Of a DNA stretch of 64,000 bases, positions 15,401-30,400 are shown one piece after another (position 1 is the first letter of the stretch; the number at the start of each line of letters is the position of its first letter). The notes below the pieces were generated by a model. It saw nothing but the letters and a program-made list of their open reading frames with translations. It searched no databases and had not been told where the DNA came from. Source of the stretch: Phoronis australis (lineage: Eukaryota; Animalia; Phoronida). Location of the stretch: assembly GCA_002633005.1 (NCBI GenBank), contig NMRA01000145.1, positions 595,873 to 659,872 of the forward strand. Reading direction: 5' to 3'. The position numbers were made by a program, and so were the translations under genes.

Positions 15401-18400
15401 TTGGAATGCCCAATACCTGATACTACATCACCAGTCAGATGAAACCAGTAACCCGCCGTGACAAGCAACTTTTCTAATCTGCATACCGAGCAAAACGAGG
15501 CCTATTTAAAAATGGTACATCAGCTTTATGACCGAAGGTCTCGGCTGATTACACTTTTGATCCAAATCTTTTCAAGTCGCTATGAGGAAATGGACCCTCA
15601 CATCTACTGTAGTTTCTAGTTTACTTTTCTCTTATAAATTTATCTTTATTTATTTATTTGTTCTCTCAACTGCAATTCTACAGCCAGTAGCTCATGTTCA
15701 TTGTTTTTAAAATTGACAATATATTATACATAAATATTGATTGATTGACTGATTGATACACATTTAACACAAGAGACAGTATGAAGCAAAATGATAGTGC
15801 ACAACAGAGCAACATTCAAACAGCAAATGTCAATAACAAGCACGCACTCAAGCAGTGAGGGAGTAAATTCCACAAACAGAATCCAACACAAACTAAGAAC
15901 CAATTGAGACAAAAATTAGACATCTTACGAGAAAATGAGTGGTTCCACTTAGCACATGTTCATCCTTCTAGAATATTCAAAACAAAATGTTAATTTTAGG
16001 TCCCGCAATGTTTCCTCTAAACTGATAGTACAAAACTGTAAACCAGTTGCTGCAGATTCATGCGTCTGACATGTATGATTTTGTATAGTGACCCTGAAAA
16101 ATAAGGACTAAGCTAAAAAGCAAGTTATTAGCACACACTCAACTGAAGGATTTTTGAATCTCAGAACTGGGTTAGATAAAGCAGTCAGTCCACAAGGTAG
16201 CTTTGATTGCAGTAAAAATTCCTCAATTTGGAACACAAAATGGCACATTAAAATTAAATTGATAAAATTTCATTTTGTTATGATTTCTCATAAAAAATTC
16301 TCATAAAGAAAAGAATACTTAAGTATCAGCATTGTCTTCACTGGACAGTTATCATAAAACACCAATTGGTATAACTTTAAGCAAAATATAATTATCCCTC
16401 TAAAAATTTTTAGCTGCAATATCCCTTTTGAGGGACAAAGAAAACAGTCCAGGCAAGTGATGATGCTACCCTCTTTACTCTGTACCCTCAAAATTTGAAA
16501 AGATGAACATTACAGTCAACAAGACAAGTTACTGCGTTGTACACAACCTTGTGGATTGCATTATGAGGCTGTGTACAAATTTTAAGTAAGTCACTGGAAA
16601 TTACCGTAGGTTTTCTTCAAATTCAGACTAAAGAAATAATAGCCATTTTTTCATTTTTCAAAAAGGTCACTACAATGCTATGCTCAGAATATCACCATGT
16701 GTTGACTGATGGCAGATGAACCATACGGCACAAGCGGTGACAAAATGAGTCCAAAAATTACAGTCCATTTTTTATTGAGAGGTGAAATTTCACTGTTGTG
16801 CCAAAGTGCATTTCCAAATGGACACACCTACACACACTCGCACACATAGCTCAGAGTGTACACAGAAACACACTCAGACACACGGCACACAGTGTTTAGT
16901 GTGTTTAGCAATGTCTTACAATAGAGGTCTGTGTTGCAACATGATGGACTAGTGGGCTTGGCTGGAAATAGAGTTTACCTTAAAGGAGTAGGATCAATGC
17001 TAGACAACGTTCCATCATAATTTAAGAAGTCGCATCATATTACATGACAAAGCTCCTCAGACAAATGTTCAATTTACACCAAATGGCATCACGAAGACAA
17101 CAGCTTTGATAAGCCAAAGTAGTGTCTGAGGCGGCTGTGGCACCTGATGTGACAATACAACTGGGGAGTTGGTGGGATGCATATTTGATCATTATACATT
17201 TATAAACCTCTGAAGAGTTTTGGTCTAATGCCTTTCAAGGGACGCACTAAGGTCATCAAGTCGCAAACTTGTCACAATGCACCCATTGGTCCTCACGGTG
17301 CATGACAAAACCATTGCTATCCCCCTCGCCTGCAACGAGTGGTGGAAACAGTAACCCAGTTGACCTATTGCAAGCTCCGCCCCCTTGCGATGAAATGTCG
17401 ACAAACAAACAATAAGTTTCACCAGGCAACGTGTTGTTTGTCGGGTAAAACGGTGGCTTAGAAACGAAGGTGTGTTAAGAATGCTGCGTTCTGATTGGTC
17501 GGTTCACCCATCACTCAAAAACCTGGCACCTGTAAGTACTGTACAGTGAATATCCTGCCTCAACTTAACCAAAAGTCTATACAGAACTCACTGCACCCAA
17601 TCCCCAAAGCAAAGGTGCTATGATTTGTGATGGGATTGTTTCCTATTTAAAAAAATAGCACATTAAACATAACTTCCACAATACAACGTGCACTAGTCGT
17701 ATCAGAGTGACATGCCAATGTTTTAAGTGTGGACTTCACTTTTCCATAGCACTGAAGGAAGAAAGGTCCCATGATTTTTTAATGAAAATAGCTGAGCAAC
17801 ACTATGTGGTAATATTGCATTTCAGTACTGGCAACGAGATTTGATGCCACTTCTTCCTGATTAAGAGTAATTTGATTTTGGTCTACAAATGACCAACATG
17901 AAGTTGCCTATGAGACTATTTTATTTGCACTGGGGTTGTTTACCCTTCTATAGTTGACTACATCTGACTCAGCTTTCATAAAGATCGACTCTTACAACCT
18001 ACGTTTCAAATACACTTCACTATTAAACTAGCACTCACTGGTAAGGGGGTTTTCGGAATCTTCTGTAGGTAAACGTCTTTGTCTTCAGGCTCAGGTGCGC
18101 TCGGAGGTGGAGGAGTGGGAGAAGGAATGTCTGTTTGTGTCTTCTTGCTTCTGGTGACTCTCAAGTCATGTGTGCTGCCTATAGTCTCCGTTGGGACACC
18201 GGGGATATCGCTGATGTTGGGATAGGATACCAGTGAATCTGGTCGCTACAAAGTGCAGATATGTAACACTATATAAAAGAAATGAAACTAAAAATGAAAC
18301 AGACAGTAAATCAGAACTCCAGCAAAAAAGCGATTCAAAAATAACTAAAATATGAAAACAGACAAATGAGAATAGAAGTTGAGGAGCCAACAGACAACTG

Positions 18401-21400
18401 GGCCGCGGTAACATGTTGTTAGCCATGTGTTAGTCTAAGAATAATTTATTGTTTCTGCTCCATATCATTATGAAACAATGGATATTACAATCAAAGGAAT
18501 TTAAAAACCTAAAATTAGTGACTGTTAACTTTTGATGTGTTTTTCTTAAAAATACCATCAGTTCAGTATGTCAGAACTAACAGACTTTTGTAACAATAAC
18601 GCACAAGTGTTAATCTAACACTCACTTCCCTAGGCACATACCGCAGAAGCAAACAGGCCATTTTAAGACTTTCACTGCCACAGTTTTATATACTGCACTT
18701 TTTCCATTGTCAAATACAACATAACATAACACTGCTCATAAAATTATTTGTTTGTGGAATGTTAAGAAACTTTCGGTCTATGGTGCTCACACGTTGTTTG
18801 TTGATATTCTTCACATCATACATTGAGGTATTCAGCCATGGTAGAGAGTTCAAAATTTCAGGTGAAAAACACTACCATCATTCAGTGAAGTGTTTTGGTT
18901 GAATTTCATACCCTAGAGGAGATGGATACAGCCAAAATCAGAATTGCTTTGAAGTTGAGCCAATTAAACCTTGATGATGGACAATTTAGAGACAATTGCA
19001 TCAAATGCAATTTGATACTAGGTAAGTGATCGATCATAATTTCTTCAAAAAACAGTCAAGAAATCAAAAAACTTCTCAACTATTCAGGATTTAGTAAAAC
19101 AATATTTATCTTCAAGTCAATACTGCTATCAAACTGTAGTTATCTCCCATGAAATTGAGGATTAACTGGGTCAAGAATGGGAAAGCACCCAAAAATAGCT
19201 GACCGGCCTGTTTGGCAGTGACCGGGTAACTCATGCGTGACAGTGAAAGAGTTAAGCTAATTACACAGAACAGAACATGGGAAAAAAGTTTCCCAATGTG
19301 GATCAAAACAAAAACATCGTACTTTGAGTGAACACATCGTCATAGCGTTGCAACACACACACTGTTCAGAGTAAGATTGGCGCACCACAGCTGCCTTTTA
19401 AATGACGTATTGACTTTATTTGGCAGCTATAGCTGTACACTTTTTAAACTCTAACAGAAATGAAATGAAATCTGAATGTACTCACTTCAGTGGTGATGAG
19501 TTTGATAATCAAACTAACGGTAGACATGTCTTCATCCACCGTTCTTAACGGAGACTGAAATGAAAACAGTCAATGCTTTCATCCTCAAAAATATGTTCAA
19601 GATAGGTTTAAAATTCTTGACCAACAACCCGTATGACTTCAGGACTGCAAGTCTTTTCTACAGTAACAGAAATACAAATGCCCCATGAAGATGCTCCATC
19701 AAAAAAATTTAATTCGATCAAAGGCATTTTGCCAATCCACAAAAATCCATTTGCTTTATTGAGTTACTAACACCAAATTCTTAAAACCGAGAAATTCAAC
19801 GCAACAATAAGTAACATAAACACACTATGAAAGCCTAATCCAACACAATACAAATACCACCGATCTTGCCATTCCCAAGGGAGATGGAAGTGAGGCAGAC
19901 CTGTGCAAAACTGGAGAAGAACAGTGACATCTGAGCACCTCTCTAATGGCATGTCATAGGACGAGATCCACAAAAGGCTACAAACCGAAGCAGACGGTGA
20001 GCAGTCACAGAGGCCCTATGCACCTCAAGGTGTCCAGAGGCGTAATTCAGTAAGTCAAATACCATTCAGTACATTATACATTACCTGCAAGGTGAGTCCT
20101 TCAATTTTCAAACCATGTCTCGCATCCTCAGAGTTGATTTTAGCGAAGAATGCGTCATCCAGTAAAAACACCGCAAATCCAACAGGTTTTCGAATGCACC
20201 ACGTCATATCTGTCATAGCTGGAAATGAACACAATGTGACAGGANAAATTTAATTCAATCAAAGGCATTTTGCCAATCCACAAAAATCCATTTGCTTTAT
20301 TGAGTTACTAACACCAAATTCTTAACACAGAGAAATTCAATGCAACAATAATTAACATAAACACACTATGAAAGCCTAATCCAACACAATACAAATACCA
20401 CCGATCTTGCCATTCCCAAGAGAGATGGAAGTGAGGCAGACCTGTGCAAAACTGGAGAAGAACAGTGACATCTGAGCACCTCTCTAATAGCATGTCATAG
20501 GACGAGATCCACAAAAGGCTACAAACCGAAGCAGACGGTGAGCAGTCACAGAGGCCCTATGCACCTCAAGGTGTCCAGAGGCGTAATTCAGTAAGTCAAA
20601 TACCATTCAGTACATTATACATTACCTGCAAGGTGAGTCCCTCAATTTTCAAACCATGTCTCGCATCCTCAGAGTTGATTTTAGCGAAGAATGCGTCATC
20701 CAGTAAAAACACCGCAAATCCAACAGGTTTTCGAATGCACCACGTCATATCTGTCATAGCTGGAAATGAACACAATATGACTGGATAAGAAGCGACAAGA
20801 TAACACGATATCTAAAGTTGTATAACGAATGTCAGAAATAATGAGAATTTTCTACATCATGTACTTTTGACAAATGATGTTACTTCCATTTTGAACTTAT
20901 TACAGTCATGAACTGTATTTTTGTGTCCTATGACCAGGAATTAATAATGTTACAGAAACTTTATTGATCTCTGAAAGAGACCAGCAAAATGACGATTACA
21001 GTACAACTAGCAAACAAAGCCTATCTAGTGGGAAAGTTTAGGGTGCATTTTGGAGAAAAAAAAATTTTATCGGCACCTGAGTTGGCAACGTAGAACTCTA
21101 GAACCAGTGCCGCATCTGGTGTGAACAGGGTGGCATTATCTCTATCATTACAGAACAGGAATGGATGAGACCATGTCGGTAGCTCCTCCGAAGAACTCGG
21201 CATTGACAACTAGAAGAGAAGGCTTTCAGTGTCAAACATGATCAATTGAAAAGTTATCTACGGTATGTCTGTAGTGGAAAAATAAAAAAACAGATTCTGA
21301 AGAAAAAATTAGTACCGGCTATTTTTGATAATAAGCAAATGAGTGTAGGACAAAAAATAATTGCTAAAATGATCCTTTTTTGTTGTTCATGGAATTCTAG

Positions 21401-24400
21401 CATTGTTGTGAATGCCCAGAACTTGAGCATGGAAAAGCATTAGGTGCAGCATATATTGCATGGAAAAATGATATCATAAAATTCCAGTTGTCGACCACGT
21501 CGCATCTCAAATTGGAGAAATTCTACTGTAACTTCTATGTTTGTCAAAGACTGTATGGCTTAATTTTGAAAGAATTGATTTTCCGCTTTTACTTGGCTAT
21601 TACTCTTAAAAAGCAGTACTACAACTAAATTTACCTGAGGAAACCCCTGCTGTGGTTGATGAGCAGGTGTGAAAGATGCCGGGTGTGGACACGGAAATTT
21701 GACAGAGTTGAGAGCCACCCCAGCAACAGGAGGGCTACTAAGTAAGGAACTCGTTCTGAAAGGGCAAACAAATGTAACACATGCTTTTTTCAGAAGAAAG
21801 ACACGAGATATAAACATGATGCCTTGAGGTAATGTTACACATTTTACAAAAAAAATTGAGAATGGGAATAATTGAAGCATAATTAAGAACAAAAACAGCA
21901 AAACTTTTAAGGATATGATATTACCATTTTGGAAGTTTTAAACATCAAACTTTTCTTTGCTTAAACTAGAATTTCTAGGCTTGATAAGAACTGATTGTAA
22001 GTTATTTCAAAGGTGAAGGTCATGCTCAGAGCGTAAAATGCACCGCCAGGTCAAGCCAACTAAACGGGCCTGCTCTCGAGCAATATTGGACGTCGATCAC
22101 TTGTTCCCAAAACCAGTAATAACATCATATCTAAGTAAAGAACGATTTGAGACCAGTCTTATCGATAACGATAAGTTGCAGAACTCAATTAAGTTAATGT
22201 TTCGACAGAGGGCCAATTCAGATCAACTTCAAAAGTTTCGTTATGAAAACTAAATAAGCAGCTCACAGTGAACTGTGCCACAGCTACATCAGTCATACAA
22301 ATCTTAGAAATTCGGTTTTTTGTGATATCCACTGTATCATCACTTAAAACCACTCACTTGTAGTCTCTGTAGTTTGGCACAATCCTGGCTAGTGACACTA
22401 GGTTGCCAACAGGTGGCTCTAGTGGTTTCTCTACCCCCACTAACAACACCTCCAGACCTGTATATGCCGGACTAGCTGGATCCCGTGGGAGGCTTGACTT
22501 CTTTCTGATCACAGTGGCATATGTTTTTGTACCATTCTGCGACTCTGCAGAATGCTGAAACGTGTGCAAATTGCATAGTATAGATTGTCCACTCCAAATT
22601 TGAAACAGTGTGTTCTGTTTAATCCACAATTATTTCCTATTTTGTCCATTTTGACTGCATTATTGGAAAATCACCTTTTTATTTTACAAAAATAACATTT
22701 TTTTTTGTGAGCCTGCTTGGAATGTGCCACATAGCTGAAATTGTTTACATACTCCATTTGAGACTATTGGTTTGTTTTTCAGTTTTCTATTGCACGTTTT
22801 TGAAACAGGTCACCATCTGTAAACCACAAGTCCTAAATCTGAAATTTTGAACTCCAGGAGTGCACAAGGCCAGACATTAAGCATTTCAAGTTTATACTCC
22901 ATTAGAAATTCCTCATTTAGCACAGACCTTCAGAGTAATTACTTAAAATTAATTCCAAAATGCTCATTATTACCAAAACACACTCCAGGTGGTAATGATG
23001 GAAAGGTGTCAGGTGCGCGACAGGTAACCGATAGTTGGCGAGTTCCTTCTTGGTAGGATTGTCTGCAATGCTCAGGATAAAAGCTGAAAAAATACAATAA
23101 ATAGATGAGCATAGATACATTATTTTCCCCGGTGTTTGGCAATAAGTTGTCCGTAAACAGATTTGTAGAAATTTGGGTACAAATGCCAATTGATCAGCTT
23201 TATTTGTAGTAAAATTTTAAGCTCAATAATTACATTCGCTGAAATCATGGCTGGTGTTTGCCATATAAAAATGCTATCAATAATCTCGGGTTTTTAATGC
23301 AAGGTATTTGGGTTAGTGGCAAAACGTTCGTCTGCTACCGCAGAGTTTGTGAATTTGATTCCATGCTACTACAAATTTGTACATAGTTTTACTTTAGCTA
23401 CTTTTCCTGGCAACGTTTCTTTAAAACACTACCTTCATTCTCCACTTGTGCCTCATCTATCTCCATTGTGAGAACGTTCTCCCAGACGGGCGAGTGAGTT
23501 GGCCTCTTGGCCGCATGGCTGACACCTTGAGCTTTCTGACCCTGGGATGAATCGGCAATGGATCGTCTGTGAATTTATGAAATAAAATGTAAACTTAACA
23601 TCCATATTGAAACTGCCATTGAATACATCAACTATGCGGGACTTCATTGGCAAGCCTGCGTATTTCGTCAAATATCTACAAAACCATAATGGCGTACATT
23701 TTCTGAAAGCAGACAGTCAGTAGAATTTAATTTTTGAGTTTTTACCAATCTGCCAATAACCAGGTCGCATGACTGTCTTTTTAGTAACATTTAGCAAACA
23801 TAGCATAACATTGGTATCAATAACATGAATAAACTTTATTTGATGTAAGTATTCAAAACGAGATCTCAAAAACGCAGTGTTACAGTTTCCTAAAATATCA
23901 GTATGTTTTTATCTATGCAACTTTAATTTGTTTTTTCAAAAAAATCCAATATTTGATAACTCCACATGCAAAAGTGGAGTGTTTTCAACACATTTCCTGT
24001 AACAGGGTTTTTGAGAATAGTGCATAAAGCACAGTATCTGATATTTCGAAGTTGGCCAAATTTGATCATTTTTCTAGACACCTGCGTAACCTTCATTGGC
24101 TACTTCTGAAGGCAAACTGGTTTCGACTATGGTAAACTCAATGACCCCAACTGCAAATGCACAAATAATGCACCAAATGGTGCATTACTTGTAGTAACCA
24201 ACAGGTATTTACTTAATAGTTCAGACTGTACACTTTCACCTCATTACAAACAGTTTCTGAGCAGGCCGTAAACAGGGAGACTTTAGAGCGACCCGTCAGT
24301 ATCGAGAAAAAATTAGATACGAATCCTTCAGAAATTTCCAGAGGAGGTGGTGTGGCCTAGTGGATTGAGGGTCTGCATCCTGAACAAGGCCATGGAGGAG

Positions 24401-27400
24401 GCAGTGTGGCTTAGTAGATTGAGGGTCTGCATCCTGCACAAGGCCATGGAGGAGGCAGTGTGGCTTAGTAGATTGAGGGTCTGCATCCTGCAAAGGCCAT
24501 GGAGGAGGCAGTGTGGCCTAGTGGATTGAGGGTGTGCATCCTGTTCACAAGGTCATGGATTCAAATCCCATAAAACCCCCACTACTAGACCCTTGAGTCA
24601 GATCTCTAGCTCCATAGCTTGTTCTTAATTTGTATAATGTGTTCATTAATACATGAAAAAAGGTTTCAGATGTTCCGTGCAATGGGCCCAGTTGAGTGGC
24701 CTGTGACTGTCAAACGAAAGATGTAACAGACCACCTGCACTTATTTTTGCTTCAGCAATTCCCTCTGTTGAGGCTTCACAGAATTCTCTTAATGCGCAGC
24801 AGAGAACAGGCTACATTTAATCAAATAATTGATGATTATAAAAATTACATACCAAAAGTGTCTGGGTGTCTTCAGTTAGGTCAATTCAAAGTCACTACTG
24901 AAATTCTAGCATAAACCACATCATCACTCAGTCACGAGGTTTCAAGAAGTATCTAAATCTTACAGGGTTGCGTACGCCACTGGGGTGCGACCATCAACGG
25001 ATGGAGGTAAATTGACAGCACCATGAAGAAGAACAACAATTTCCTCTTTGCCGGGCCTTGACACGTGTTTACGAAGTGGATCCAATGGTTCATCAGGTAG
25101 AGGTGACTCAGCTACTTGCTGAAAACCATTTTGGAGATTTTAGCACCTGCAGCCTTCAATACTACATAAAGGTGTTCCCTAAAATATTTTTGGCAAATAT
25201 CAAAACCTATTTTAATCTGTTTTTAAAGATTTTTCATCCAGTCAACCCAAAAAATTGTAAATATCGTATCAAAGTTTTTTTGCACAGAATCTTGGTCTTT
25301 TGGTTATTACGCAGTTCAGGTCATACTTCTAGAAACATGGAAATAAGTAAGAATTATTAGTTTTCATACAAGCCACATGTTGGTTACATCACATGACGTA
25401 TAGTCTGAAAAGGCTAGGATTTGGTTGAAACTTGAGACTTTTACTTATCGTGCAGACACTCTAGTCCACTAAGCTATCAGGACAACCAGTAGACCATAAA
25501 AATCCAAAACACTCAGACCAATCAACCTTGCAAGTGTATATATAAGAATTAGTGCAGCAAGGCAGTTCAGGAATAGTTCTCATGATTTCAAAGTCTGTAT
25601 ACCTGTCAATAGCAAATAAAAAATTCAAAAAAGAGATAATTACATCACTTGGTTCTGGTTTTCTGTGTTGAGAATCAATCAATGGTGTTGCTGGTAGCGA
25701 ATAGCGAGTGCCAGAGTCAGGGATATTAGGCTTGATCCGTATCTCTGGAACACTACGTGCTTTGTTCATATCCAGGACTGTCAGCTTGACTGTGGTTGAT
25801 ACCACATTAGTTGTGGCAAACTCGACCTCGACAAAGGCTGCTGTGTATCTTAAGGTTGCACAGTGTGATTGTTCCCTGCCTTTGCCTGATGTATTGGAGC
25901 TCAGAGTGACTTCATCGGTGCATCGGTAGAAAAGACCTTCTCCTGGGTCTGCTGAGCCATCTAAGCGGGGCGAGAGTGCTAATCGAACTTCCCCAACGAT
26001 AGTGCCCTCAGAGGTGTCCTCGTTCTCCGGGAGACTTAAAGCCTCGACCACAAGAAACAGATCATTGTGATGCCGGTTACGAAAGAATCCTAAAGATACA
26101 ATTCATTAAAAGTTATAGCAGCTTTAATGTATAATTTCCAGAAAGATACAAAACACATTTAGAAAAGAGCGAAGTGATTGCACAGCAACTTGTTCTTATG
26201 ACATGTTTTCGAAAGCATTTCTGATAAGATGGCAGAATTAGCAGAACAAGACATAGTCAAACCACTGACTACCACCAGATGGAGTAATTAGCAGAACAAG
26301 ACATAGTCAAACCACTGACTACCACCAGATGGAGTAATTAGCAGAACAAGACATAGTCAAACCACTGACTACCACCAGATGGAGTAATTACACATCCCTT
26401 AAACCAGTCAGTGACAATAATTGTCACACCTAGGAACCAACCATATTGGTTCCTAGCATGCACTGATGAAATCTTCAGGACCAAGTACAAAATTTGGTTT
26501 AAAGACGGCAATTTTCACTTTTTCAAGAATACAGAAATAATTCATAACTTGTCATCTGCCTTCAGACAAAATTAACTGCAAAACCAACCTCATTGATTAT
26601 GAAGAGCATACAAAAATTATTCACACTCTTGAGTTACAAACAGGAAAACGTGAGCTATACCTGGCCTGGATGTATCAGGCCTAACTGGCCACTGGCAATA
26701 ATACTGAATTAATTTTAATCTAGGCTAATCAGTTACTGCAGGTAACTATCAGGTAAGACAAGTGAAGAAGGGTGGATCACTCAGGATGCAACATTATGTG
26801 TTCATTTTTTTAGTTCCATACTCGTTTTAATGTCTTAATTTACAACAATGAAAACAGTCACCTTTTTTTTAGTTCCAGACTCGTTTTAATGTCTTAATTT
26901 ACAACAATGAAAACTGTCACCTGATATAGAAATGTTACTTTATTCACAACCGAAATGGATTTTTTTAAAACAAACACTTATTAAGATTAATTAGACACTT
27001 GTCATAACTCAGAGCAAAATAGGACTCGGAATTATTGCACAATAAATTACTGTACTACAAGGCCAGGGTATCCAATGACTCACTTATATAACAAGGTTGA
27101 ATATTGATCTCATTCCCTTTAAAAAATAATAAAAAAAACATGCGACATAACCCTCGTCAGGCCTGAAAATTCCTCTCCAATGACTAAAATTCCCTTCACT
27201 TCAGCCCTGTGAAACATTAGTTTTGGCCATTAGAGATTTTACCGATGAGGGTGGAATTGGGGGGGGAGGGATTTTCTCCACAACCAAAAATGGTACAAGC
27301 ACCTTTTCCCTCAGGTGAGCTAGAGCCCTTGTGCTCACAGGCGACGCATTAAAACTCACCCAAGGCAAGTTAGACACCACAAGTTAACAGAAAATAACAG

Positions 27401-30400
27401 AAGAGCTACCTTAATGAGAGCTTTAATCCAGAAAGAAAATCTTCATGAATTAAACACTACTGCTTAACACAGAGAACTGGAAAGGACTGGTGAAGTGGCC
27501 TCAAAGAGGCCAATCAAAGAGAACTATTGTGAAGTTCAGAGTTGCAGAATGGTTAGTGAAAGGTCAGGTCCACCAATCTCAGCCTAGCAACAGACAACTG
27601 TATATTAACTTCAATAAGAGAATTAAACTCCAGTGAGTAAGAAGAAGGACAATAGTGAACTGCAATGAGATAACGTCTTTAGATTAATATTGAAAAGAAC
27701 GTTTTTCATCTTGCAACTAAAAATTTGGTAGTTGCTAGTTTTGAGTAAAGAAAGTTACTATGACACTATAAAAATTCAGAATTAAAGTGTTCAGTGAACT
27801 GAAAAGAAAGTCTGCTTGTTGCCTGCACTAAAAACATGAAACGTTATTTTGTTAGTATATGACTATTATTGGTGATTAAAAACGTATTATGAAATGAAAT
27901 CTTCCACATGGCAATGTACAAGGCTTTTGATGGACATTTAACATGGATACCAAAGAACGTTTTAAAGCCAGTGAAAAGCTTTGATTGATTTGGACCAAAA
28001 AGTATTTTTAAAACGTTAATACTACATTGTTGTAAATGCTCAACATTTTTCCAGTTCGTCTTTGGCAACCGCTGTGTATAAACGGTAAGTCACTTATTGG
28101 GTACCACAATTTGAGAACCAGTTTTCTTCATTGAATAACAGGCATCAAACTGGTTCTCAAAATCAAAAACCCCTGTAAGTAATTTTAACCATGCAAACTA
28201 TGCTTTAAAGTAATAAAATAAAATAAACACCGAAACATGTCAAGCTGTTGGAAATCCATTGTTGTTTTTATCAACATTACATAAAATTTTCCTCAAACTG
28301 AAGAATTTTTAACTAATAGTATTTATAGAGTCCTTCCAAAGCATAGCCACAAAATCCTCTAAAACTAAGACGATTTTAATCGTCACATGAAACTTCAGGC
28401 GATTAAATCGGGGATAATTTAGTGGAACCACACAACTAGCTACAGAGCATGAACTAATGACCACTATGGTAAGAAACAGGACAGGTGGAGGCAGGCAAGC
28501 TAGGAGACAAGCACACTGTTTGCAACTTACCACAGTCCAAGCTATATTAACGGATGTAAAACATGACAGCATCAGTGCAGCATAACTAGATGTGAGTACA
28601 TGTTTTAATAAAGCAGCTTATCAGTTGAGTGACCAGTTGCTAGGATACAAAACAAATGAGCAGAGATTAAAAACGTAAACAACATTACACACAGAGATAT
28701 TAGTGCATATACGAATGAGCTGAGATAAAAAATGTAAACATAATTACAAACGGTAAGATAGCTTTGCCTATACTTGAATGAATTGAGGTATACACAACCC
28801 TGCACACAACTACAGGTTGAGAAATATCTGAGCACACTGTGACATTTCTAGATTACAACATCTAAAATGGAAAACGCAAATTGTTGTTTGATGGCCGATT
28901 AAAACTTACCTCAGATTCTGAATTTTTAGATGAGTGAAAGAGATGAGAAGTGTTATTGCTTTAATCTGTAGCACTAGTGGTTTACAAATGAACTTAATAA
29001 ATGATAAGGAAATGACATTAATAATTGATTAGCAAGCTTCTACTGATCTTGGCAGATTCTACAAAACTAGTGCCTCATGGACTCCCAGAGAAACAATTCT
29101 TGTATCCTACAGGCACAATTTGCAATCAATATGCCCAACTCAGTCTATAAAATACAGTTTACTTTAATTTTCATCAATCTTGACTCCAGCTCCAGCGACT
29201 TTCAATGAAGAGAAGACTACTGAGAATATTCACTAGGGGGAGCTAATTAAGACAGTGTTGCTTTATAGCAAAATATCAGAAAAAAGAGAGAACAGCAGAA
29301 AAAACTGAGAGCAAACATCTGTTCATAAAAGTCTGGGCATGTTTGTGGCAATGGTCCCATATGGTTGTTTTAAAGCAGGCATTTATATAGGCCGCACGGT
29401 TTTTGCTGGCGCCACCTAGTTAAAGTTACAAACTCAAGGTTCTTATCGACAAGTTTAAGCACTCAACCAAATATCTAGACAAAACTATAAATTAAATTTA
29501 ACTCAAGAAAAGTATATATTTTCTGACAGCAGAAAGTCCGTAGCATTACACTAATTTGCCATAGATTGTGTTATGTGATCATGTCTTTTTAGTAAATTTA
29601 GCAAAAATATAGATACAATCATAGAAAAACAAAAGTATCAATAACATGACCACATTCTGTTACATATAAATGGTCAAGATAAAATTTCAAAACCACTGTT
29701 ACAGTTTTCTCATTTACACACAAAAATTTTCAGTAGTATCATAAAATCATAAAATACTTTTATTTATATCACCGACACGCAAAACTGGGTCAAATGAAAA
29801 TCTTATAACTTCATACAGTCCGATCAAGATGTATTCCATGTTGTCTGCTCCATGTGTTTCACGAACCAAGTCGTTCACCCACCAAACAGGTCATACATAC
29901 CTTAGGATTGAAGTATACAAATGGCACGTTTTTTACAACTTATTAGTTCAGCAAGCCATCAAAATTTCATTTTCGAAGAGTAAACCATATCTGTTTATGC
30001 CTCAACAACGACAGTCATCAGAAGACAGGTGACAAATTTCAGCTTACATGTAAGCCACTAACAAGAAACTGTTTTTACATCAAACATGTTTACAGTATAA
30101 GCATTGCGAAGTTTGTAACAATGCAGACCTGTTGCAAGTCATCTATACTTCCACAAAGGATAATAATATTGACGTATTGTTGAAACCCACTGGATGGTTT
30201 TAAAGGTATATAATAATCAAAAAATGCCTCAGTGGTCAAACACAAAACACCGTTTTAAAAGACAATATTACAAGCACAGTATGTTCCTCCTAAAATGGTG
30301 AATTGCCTGACCATTGTGACTGGTTTGTAAGTCCTTTGTTGCAATAGTTCATGGTCATGGTGGAACAGGAAAAAGACCAAGTGACGCTAAAAGAAATTGA

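Larger units (their letters stand above)
19705..20785. repeat. Tandem 540-bp duplication split by the N at 20245
   Basis: 19705-20244 matches 20246-20785. Confidence 0.9.

Noticed and set aside
24296-24529. Repetitive ORFs QDADPQSTKPHCLLHGLV
   Set aside because: Translation of the tandem SINE head
25461-25643. 3' part of the 196-aa ORF as coding, or a donor at 25603
   Set aside because: That donor gives phase 2, which does not fit the phase-0 acceptor at 25118; the sequence is T-rich and intron-like
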